From: Piromyces finnis finn
Taxonomy: Eukaryota; Fungi; Neocallimastigomycota
DNA length: 64,000 nucleotides
Direction: 5' to 3'
Assembly (NCBI GenBank): GCA_002104945.1
Contig: MCFH01000082.1
Location: 120,886 to 184,885 of the forward strand
This document shows positions 54,280-64,000 of the stretch, in pieces. Below the pieces are notes generated by a model. The model was not told the origin of the DNA, did not search any database, and was given only the letters and a program-made list of their open reading frames with translations. Position numbers and translations under genes: made by a program. Within the stretch, counting starts at the first letter, position 1. Each line of letters opens with the position of its first letter.

Positions 54280-55423
54280 TGTGAAGATATTAACTGGATT
54301 TAAAACAAATTCAGATAATATCTATAATTAATTAAACATAATAATTATAATTAAATAATTTCAATAATTATTTTAAAACACTTTTAAAAGTCACCTTTTA
54401 AATTTTGATTCAGTGAAAGGGTTATGATTTCAAAAATTTAATATCAATACACTATAACCCTTAACCAAAAATAAGCAAGTACGAAATAAGGTGTAACTCG
54501 CCAAAAACGATCGCTACGGCTGTAAGTGCTACGGTGATGAAACTAGGTTTATTGGAAAGCTTAGGAAGAAAGCTACAATTTGGTACAATCGCGGTCCTTC
54601 TAACTGATCATTTAAGGAAGATATGATCATTTAAAGATTTTATTAGGTAAATTAAAATCAATATGATATCAAGTATGGATCATAAATATTTCTTATGACT
54701 TGATGAAATTAAAAATATATCAATAGGAATTTTAGTTATATTAATTTAATTAATGATAACGATTGTTACTAAAAATAGAACTAGACCCATTTAGGTGTAA
54801 CAGTTAACACCTATAAATTAAATAATCTTAATTATTATAAAATAGGTTAACGGCAAGTTTTATTAGAAATAATTTTGAAAATAATAATTATTTAATTATA
54901 ACAAATATGTTATGGTAATATCAATTAATAATGATGAATTATTAATTGAATAGTTTTTATAATTACTAATTAGGATCAACTGTTTAAATGATTAATCATA
55001 TGTTTATTTTATTTTATGTCATGACAAACAAACAAACAAACAAACAAACAAACAAACAATCTTATTACTTATTTAATTATATTACTAATATATTACATGT
55101 AATACTTTATTCTTATTAATATCAATTTAATAATCTGAACAAAGAATATAAAAGAGAATGAATTGAATTCGATTTTAATTCTTTGTAAAGATTATAGTTA
55201 TAATCTTAATTATATAGTTACTTATAATATCATTTATATTATTATTATTAAATAAATAAAAAATTTATAAAAAGTTATTTTAAAGTAAATATAAACTTTT
55301 CAATTTTCATTTGGGAGTTTAAGGTGTTATTTTATAATTAAATTTAATTTCTTAAAAAACATTTTTACTATATAATTAATAACATTCTGACCTGGCCGCA
55401 TAACCAAACCCAAAAACTTAACA
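54280..55423 (+). mobile_element. Solo LTR, family E (E1, 1144 bp), TSD AAGTG
   Basis: TGTGAAG...CTTAACA termini; homologous to E2 and E0; AAGTG at 54275-54279 and 55424-55428. Confidence 0.9.
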
Positions 55424-55428
55424 AAGTG

Positions 55429-56558
55429 TGTCACGAATACTAGTGAAAATACAATTTCAAGATCACTTGGAATTGTGAAATCACTTATGAAAATTCAAAA
55501 TCAACAAATATTTTATTTTCAAATAAATTATAAAATTTTATTAAGAAATATTTAAAAATTTAGAAAAGGTTAAAATATGACCTTAACCCTTAATAATTTT
55601 TATAATAAATAACTTTAACCCTTATCGTTAAAATGGAATAAGGAAAAACACGCGTATCTCCTCAACGAATGACGATTTTTGAATAAAAATGTTTTGGTTA
55701 TAATTACGTTCGTTAGAAAGCCACGCTCGAGACAAACAACATATCTTAAAATCAGGTCAATATCTCTGCTGGTTCACGAGATATTCCAATTTAAAGATAT
55801 TTTGTTAGCAATGATTAATTGTTTATTCAGAGAATGATCACCCCTGATATATCAAACATAAATCATTCACTCAAAGTATAAAAATTATTGTTTAATTAAA
55901 TTAAAATTATTTTCCGGAACTAATTAACTTTATTTTATAATAATTATTTCAATAACATAATTTATAATCTTTGAACTAGAGGATTATAATTATTAATATT
56001 ATATTCAATGAATTATATTATAATTAAGAAATAATTAATATTATGAATATTATAAACAATAGTTATTTTTTAATAATTAGGAATAAGTCTTAAGTTTAGT
56101 TTAAGTATTATAAAATATATTATGAATATAATCATGTATTGAAAAGTTATTTTATTATTAAATGTAAAATTACAAATAGTATAAATAGTTTAGAATAGTT
56201 TATGAAATTAAAATCTTTGTAAAGATTATTAACCAAAAATTATTAACCATAAATTATTAAATTATTAACTATAAATTATTAACTAAAGATTATTAACTAT
56301 AAATTATTAACTATTAATAATAATTAATACTTAATGAGTATTACTACTAAATAATCTTATTATTATATATTTTAGCAATATATCATTAAATAAAATAAAA
56401 GAAATTATTTTAACCATAATATATAATTTAATTATTCATTTATAAATCAATTAAGATTATTTTAATAAAACATTTTTTTTTCTAACCTAGTTATCTTTTA
56501 ACCTTTTATTTAATTTAATATTTTAATATTAAATTATAAGTTTAGTAAAACTTTTACA
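55429..56558 (+). mobile_element. Solo LTR, family D (1130 bp), TSD AAGTG
   Basis: TGTCACG...TTTTACA termini; AAGTG at 55424-55428 and 56559-56563. Confidence 0.88.
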
Positions 56559-57561
56559 AAGTGATTGTGAAGATATTAACTGGATTTAAAACAAATTCAG
56601 ATAATATCTATAATTAATTAAACATAATAATTAGAATTAAATAATCCCAATAATTATTTTAAAACACCTTTAAAAGTCACCTTTTAAATTTTGGTTCAGT
56701 GAAAGGGTTATGATTTCAAAAAATTTAATATCAATACACTATAACCCTTAACCAAAAATAAACAAACACGAAACAAGGTGTAACTCGCCAAAAACGATCG
56801 CTACGGCTGTAAGTGCTACGGTTGTGAAACCAGGTTTATTAGAAAGCTTAAGGGAAAAGCTATATTTTGGTATAATCGCGGTCCTTCTAACTGGTCATTT
56901 AAGGAAGATATGATCATTTGAAGATTTTAATAAGTAAATTAAAATTAATATGATATCAAGTATGGATCATAGACATTTCTTATGACTTGACGAAAATTAA
57001 AAAGATATCAATAGAAATTCTAATTATATTAATTTAATTAATGATAGTGACTGTTACTAAAAATAGAACTAAACCATTTAGGTGTAACGGTTAACATTTA
57101 TAAATTAAATAATTTTAATTATTATAAAATAGGTTAATGGATCAAGTGTTTAAATGATTAATCATATGTTTATTTTATTTTATGTCATGACAAAACAAAC
57201 AAACAAACAAACAAACAATCTTATTATATTATTAACATATTACATGTAATACTTTATTTTTATCAATTTAATAATCTGAACAAAGAATATAAAATAGAAT
57301 GAATTGAATTCGATTTTAATTCTTTGTAAAGATTATAGTTATAATCTTAATTATATAGTTATTAAATATATTATCATTTATATTATTATTAATAAATAAA
57401 TAAAATTTTATAAAAAAGTTATTCTAAAGAATAAATATTAATTTCTCATTTGGAAGTTTAAAGGGTTATTTTATATTTAAATTTAATTTCTTAAAAACAT
57501 ATTTACTATATAATTGATAACATTCTGACCTGGCCGCATAACCAAATCCAAAAACTTAACA

Positions 57562-57572
57562 ATAATCTTTAC
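57562..57572 (+). promoter_or_regulatory. Self-priming primer binding site (11 nt)
   Basis: ATAATCTTTAC directly after the LTR is the exact reverse complement of GTAAAGATTAT at 57326-57336, which lies ~35 nt downstream of a TATAAAA. Confidence 0.8.
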
Positions 57573-58712
57573 CCGCTGTTTAGTGGCTACTTTAGAATGT
57601 TCACTCCAGTTCCTAACTTCCCAGACGAGGTAAACCAACTTAGAGAGGATGCTACTCAGACTGCCAAAGATATCATTGAGGGTATCAATGAAAATTTGGT
57701 TTTCCGTGAAGATTTTCAAAATTTTTCCAATGATGTGAACAATCGTTTAAATGAAATCATGGGAGTATTAACCAGTATGAATAATAGTCAAGTTACTCAG
57801 AATGAAGATGAACATCCATTGTTACATACCAACTATGATAGGATAGCTACTCCAAGACCTACTGCCTTTAGAGATGATGAATCTACTTCAACAAGATTTG
57901 ACTTAGATCATGATGTTATCATGAGAGGTCGTTTTGCTACTCCAATTACTCAAGTCCCAGATCCAGGTATGTTTTCCGGTAAGACTAGTGAGACCGATCT
58001 ATTTGCCAATTATGTGAAGATACTTTTAAAACTCTACCAAATCGATCTTTACCAGAAGAAACAAAAATTAATTTTGTACAATCCCGTCTTCGTGATGCTG
58101 CTAGAAATTGGTATCTTGCCAAGTACAAGGATAATATTTATCCAGCTACCATGCAAGAATTATTGGATGGATTAAGAATTGCTTTCTCCAATGTTGCTAG
58201 TTACAAGATAGCTAAAATCAAAATAATGCGTTTAAAACAACAATATGGTAAAATAAATGATTATATCGAAGAATTCCGCTCTCTTTCACAACAATTTAAA
58301 TGGAATGAAGAAGCATTATCTTTAATCTTTTACAATGGGTTACATCCAAAATATCAGGAAGAAATTGAAAAGATGGAGGTATTTCCAACCACTATGGAGT
58401 CCATTATAACTAGATGTATTTTGATTGAAAGTTCTCTTTCTACAAAGAATAAGATTACCCAGTCTTCCAGTTCCAAATCTAACAAGAAAAGAAATTCACA
58501 TTTCAACCACCACAGACCATACAACAACAATAACAATAACAATAACAATAACAATAGCAATAACTTCCAAAAACATAATAATAATTACTATAACAACAAT
58601 TATAAGGCTCAAAAAATTAGTTCAAAAAACTAAATAAAGGACTTCCATTGAAGTCCCATCACCACTCGAATATAAAAATATTAAACTACACTTTTCCCAC
58701 TATCAATAAAGA

Positions 58713-59331
58713 TGTAAAGATATCAAACGCCACAGATTGATATCTTTAATGTAACTTAAGCCATAAATATCATTGTTTAAGTTACACGAATTATATTACA
58801 GAAAAAGAAAATGGGACATAATTTATTTATTAATAATTAAAGTTTAAAACAAAATAAATTATTAGTTTATTCTTAATGTTTAACAAATAAATTAAAATTC
58901 TCAATTCAAACCCCTAGTTTTAGTATTGTTTTGTAATAGAAATAGACATCTAGTATATAATTATTAAATGTTTAATATATCAATAATACATGGGCACATA
59001 TTCAAATTGAATAGTACTTAATTTGAATTGCCAATTGTATTTTACTAAAAATAGTTATAGTTTGAATATTTGAATATTTATTAATAATTAAGATTTTAGT
59101 GTAGATTTTAAATAATAATATATAAGAAATAAATAGTTATAATATAATATAAATGTATTTAGGAAAAATATAAATAGAAGATATTTTTCATCATTTTATC
59201 GATGTAATTGTTATTAATATAATTTCTATTATAATAAAAGATATTTTTTTAACAAAACAATTTTATATAAATCTTTAGTGTTATTGTAATAGAATAGATA
59301 TCCTAATCTATTCTTTTGTGTCGACTTTACA
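58713..59331. mobile_element. Solo LTR (619 bp) nested between gag and protease, TSD AAAGA
   Basis: TGTAAAG...CTTTACA termini; AAAGA at 58708-58712 and 59332-59336. Confidence 0.8.
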
Positions 59332-61799
59332 AAAGATAATACGTTACCTTCAACATTCTTTACTTTTAATACATATATATTATCCAATAATGGAGGTACA
59401 AATAAAATACATAATAAAACTATATGTACATCACTATTAGATAGTGGATCTTATTGTAATTTTATGTCGTACAAACTATTACGTACATTGCAATTACATT
59501 CTCACAAAAATGAATAATGTTATCACTGTACAAGGTATCAGTGGTACTTCAATTGAACTTGATGAATATATCAACCTAAACTTCCAGTTAAAACTATTTA
59601 TCAACAATAAATTTCATTTCATCAATTTCAAAGAAAAATTTTTACTTGCGGATTATATTCCGACAGATTTATTATTTGGAAATATATTCATGTCCAAATA
59701 TGAAATTCATTATAATTATAATAAAAAATATTTATATTCAAATTTAAAATATGATTTTAACAAAAAGAAATTCAATATGAAGCATGCTACTAAGTTTTTA
59801 AATTTAGAAAAATTCATTTCTTATAATAGAAATGATAAGAATACTACACCTACCACTTCTACAGGTGCAAATAATGATAAAAAATATTCCGCTACTTTTT
59901 ATAATTTAAAAAATAAAATTCATAATTTTTATTTCAGATCCAAAACCTTTAAGAAGAAGAAAAATGGTCGATTCCACAAATTCAAATCTAAACGTTCCAA
60001 ATTTTCTAAAAAAAGTTATATTAAATAAAAATAATTATGATGGATATAATTATAATTATTTAATTCATACTTTTTTGTCCGAAAAACCAGAAGAAGTAAG
60101 CAATTTAGAAGAACATACTATTGAGGATATTCCAGAACCCTATCGAGATTTGGCAAAAGTTTTCAGCAAACAAGAAGCTGATAAACTACCGCCACATAGA
60201 ATTACAGATTGCAAAATAGTACTAGAAAAAGATGCTACTCTTCATTATGGTCCCATCTATCCTTTATCAGAAGAAGAATCAAAAGTTTTAGAAGAGTATA
60301 TCAAGGAAAATTTAGAAAAAGGCTTTATTAGACCATCCGAATCACCCGCAGGATATCCAGTGGTGTTCCAGAAAAAGAAAGATGGTACTCTTAGAGTTTG
60401 TATTGATTATAAAAAAACTCAATTCTGTAACGATACGTAATTCCTACCCAATACCGCTTATTACCGACATTATAGAACGTGTCAAAGGTGCAAATTATTT
60501 CACCAAGCTCGACTTACGCTCTGCTTATAATTTAGTTAGAATAAGAAATGGTGACGAATATAAAACTGCTTTTCGCACAAAATTTGGTCACTATGAATAT
60601 TTAGTGATACCATTTGGTTTACGTAATGCTCCTGCTACTTTCCAGGCATTTATAAATTCTGTTCTCAGACCTTTCTTAGAAAAATCTGTTATTCTCTATT
60701 TGGATGATATTCTTATATTTTCAAAAACCTTAGAAGAACACCACCAACATGTACGTGAAGTTCTTTCAAAACTATTAGAAAATAATCTATACGCTAAGCT
60801 TCCTAAATGTGGATTCGACAAACCACAAGTTGAATTCTTAGGGTATGTTATTTCAGGTTCAGGAATTGCTACCGACCCAAAAAAGATAGAATCAATCAAA
60901 AATTGGCCTACTCCTACCACAGTTAAGGATGTACAAAGATTTTTAGGTCTTTGTAACTATTATAGACGCTTTGTAATGAATTTTGCAGACTTGGGCTAAA
61001 CCCCTCCACAATGCAAAGTTCAAGTGGTCTACAGAATGTGAATCCTCATTTAACATTTTAAAAACTCGTTTAACTTCCGCACCTATTTTATCACATCCTG
61101 ATCCTCAAAAACAATATATTTTAGAATGTGATGCAAGTAATGTTGCTATTGGTTCTATACTATCTCAATATGATTCAGAAAATCGTTTACATCCTGTTGC
61201 TTACTATTCCAGAAGTCTCAGTAGTTCTGAAGTTAACTATTCTATAACAGATAAAGAATTATTAGCCATTAAGGATTCTTTCTCTACTTGGAGGCACCTT
61301 CTTCTTGGTGCTAAGTACAAAATAAAAGTTTACACTGATCATAGAAACTTACTTTATACTCTTGGAGGAAAGGTAGGTAATCAAAGACAACATCGCTGGC
61401 ACCTTTTCTTTCAAGAATACGATTTTGAACTTATATACAGACAAGGTCGTAAGAATGGTAAACCTGATAGTCTATCTCGCAGACCTGATTACATGGATAA
61501 GACTTATGAAGTAAAGCCAGAATTTATTTTAGACTCAAAAAATGTAAAACTCATACCAAGCTTCATAGGTATTATGAGTAACTTCTTGGAACAAGTTATT
61601 CAATACTTAAAGGATGATGAAACCGCTAAGGATATTATGTTATATTTCAGCCCATATAATGACCAAAAAGCTTATAAACCATTTAGGAAAATGAACAAGT
61701 TTGAATTAAAAAATAATCTTATTCTATATAACAACTTAGTTTATATTCCTGAAAAACTACGTTTAGATGTTCTTATGAAATATCATGAACAACCCTCTG

Positions 61800-62525
61800 T
61801 GTAAAGATATAATATATATCTTTAAATTATTTAATAATTAATTAATAATTATTAAATATAATTTTGATATTTTAATGAAAAATTATTTATAAAATTTATT
61901 ATATAAATTTAAGGAATAATTAAATAAATATTAATTTTAAAATATCAAAATTGGAAATGAAATTTGGATAAATATTTAAATTAATGGATAATTAAATTTA
62001 AAATATTTTAAATATTCAAATTAAATCTTAAAAAGTTCTTATTTAATTTAAAAATAGTTTAATAACTTTAGCGTAGTTTTAAATTAGTATTTTTAATAGT
62101 AAATATATTATAATAGTATTATTAATATTTAATTAATATATAGGTAATACATGGACTGTATTCAATTTGTAGTTTATCAAATTGAATCAAAAAGTGTATT
62201 TAATTAGTTTTAGTTTAGTTTTATTATTTTATTATTTAATTAAATTAGTATTAAATTAGTTTTGTTTATTTTATATTGAATATATGTATAATTAAATAGA
62301 ATAGTATATTAAAATATAATTTGTAAAAAATATAAATACATGTAAAATTTCATAGTTAAACGATGTAATTGTTATTAACTATAGTTTAGTTAATAACTAA
62401 ATAAGAATAAATAAAAGAGGATATAAATAAATTTTGTTTTGTTTTTAATTTTTTATTTTAATTTAGTGTTTTTGTTTTTTTGTAAAAAATTTTTATAATC
62501 TGTTTTAAATTTTAAAATTTTTACA
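61800..62525. mobile_element. Solo LTR (726 bp) nested in the integrase zinc finger, TSD CTCTG
   Basis: TGTAAAG...TTTTACA termini; CTCTG at 61795-61799 and 62526-62530; removal restores HEQPSAGHLGIKRT. Confidence 0.88.
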
Positions 62526-64000
62526 CTCTGCTGGACATCTTGGTATAAAAAGAACTTTAGAATTGATAACTCGAAATTTTTGGTGGCCTAAAATTAAAGA
62601 TGATGTCACTAAATTTGTTAATTCTTGTGAAACATGCGCAAGAAATAAAGTAACTAGACATCGTAAGTATGGAAAATTGCAACCCTTAGATACTCCAGAA
62701 CGCCCATGGAAATCTATAGAAATTGACTTTCTTTGTGGCCTTCCTGAGTCTAAAGGATACACCGTTATTATGGTAGTGGTTGACCGCTTTTCCAAAATGA
62801 TTCACCTAGTTCCGTTTAAAACAAGTTCCAAATGCAGCACAAAACTGCTAAAGCCTTTTTAAACAATGTATATCGTCTACATGGTTTCCCTTATGACCTA
62901 TATACTGATAGAGGCTCACAATTCACAAGTTGATGTTTGGCTCGAATTTTTGGATTTATTATATATTCATCCAAGAATAGCTACTACTGACCATCATGAA
63001 ACTGTTGGACAGGTCGAGAGGTCAAATTCTTTTATTGAAACAGTATCTTAGATGTTATTCCAAGTCTTTTTATCATGACGATTGGGTTGACTGGCTTCCA
63101 CTTGCAGAATTCGCTTATAACAATGCTGTTAATGAATCAACCAAAGAAACACCATTCTTCATTTAATTATGGTTTTCATCCTCCGATGGATGAAATGACC
63201 CTATTACCCACAATGTAATATTAATCATAAACTAGTTCAAAACGTTAATGATGCATTCAACCACATAAAAGAAGTGTTTACTACGCTCCAAAGAATTGTA
63301 TAAAAGAAAGAGTGGATAAAAGTCGTTTAGAAGCTCCCAAATTTTAAAATTGATGATCTAGTTTGGATTCAAGCCCCACCTTCTTTAAATATTGAAAATA
63401 GTTCCAAATAGCTCCTTGCAAATATGGTCCATATAAAATAACACAAGTTTTAAGAAATAACAATTATGAAATTGATATCAAAAAATCACCCTTCCCCAAA
63501 CACTATCCAATATTTCATGTATCTGAGTTAGAACCTTATAAACCAACTCCAAAAGAATTTTTAAATAGAACTGCGGATCCAGAATCAATAAAAGATATAG
63601 TGGAAATATCTGGATTCCGTACCAATTTAAACAACAACGATATGAATATAAAATTCGATATAAATACCGCCCTACTTACAATTGGGTACCAGCAAGTGAA
63701 GTAGAAGACAATCCACTGCAACCAATTCATTTATCAAAAATATTTAAAAAGTGGACGCATTATGCTTCTATAGCATATAATTAATTATTATTATATATAA
63801 GTCAATAATTCTCTAAAAATAACTTTTACAACATTACAAAAAATTTTTATAACAACTAAATTTCGAAATTTAACTCATCACAAAATTTTGAAATTTCAAC
63901 ATTTCAAAATTTTTACTTTAATATTTTTCAATTATTTATTAAAACTTAATTTTTTTTATTTCTATTATCATTTTTAAATCTTACTTTATCAATTTTATTA

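Larger units (their letters stand above)
56566..64000 (+). mobile_element. Decayed chromovirus (Tf1/sushi-like Ty3/Gypsy): 5' LTR E2 56566-57561, gag, PR, RT, RNase H, IN, chromodomain; 3' LTR not in window
   Basis: Gag 57597-58633; PR LLDSGS ~59430; RT (FIRPSESPAG, CIDY, LDLRSAY, PFGLRNAP, YLDDIL); RNase H (CDAS, DKELLAI, TDHRNL); IN (HHCC, VVDRFSK, GQVERSN, GPY); many frameshifts. Confidence 0.93.

Noticed and set aside
61799-62526. MITE with GTGTAAA TIRs and a 3-bp TCT TSD
   Set aside because: Better explained as a TG...CA solo LTR (61800-62525) with a perfect 5-bp TSD CTCTG and a related copy at 58713.

Overview
Very AT-rich eukaryotic DNA from an anaerobic gut fungus (Neocallimastigomycota-type; inferred from fungal dockerins and base composition). 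Host genes: a triple-dockerin GH45 endoglucanase, an intronless NmrA/SDR-like oxidoreductase, a 7-exon ankyrin + 2x MATH gene, a decayed ankyrin pseudogene, a 1137-aa membrane protein carrying 12 KR-separated ~78-aa repeats, a Cys-rich membrane protein and two identical convergent tRNA-Trp(CCA) genes. Much of the rest is retroelements. The main signal is tRNA-gene-directed LTR retrotransposon integration in two position classes. (1) Elements with 4-bp TSDs are stacked at one TTTA site at -14..-11 of tRNA-Trp#1 (four elements, five TTTA copies, ~9 kb). (2) Self-priming chromovirus-type LTRs with 5-bp TSDs sit at -60..-67 of both tRNA genes, in three unrelated target sequences, all with their 5' end towards the tRNA. 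Also present: a non-autonomous Copia-like element carrying a decayed seryl-tRNA synthetase retrocopy, an RT-deleted LINE with a structured tandem-repeat region at its 5' side, and an unexplained hairpin-rich island. All alignments, translations and folds were done by eye; no database searches were run.
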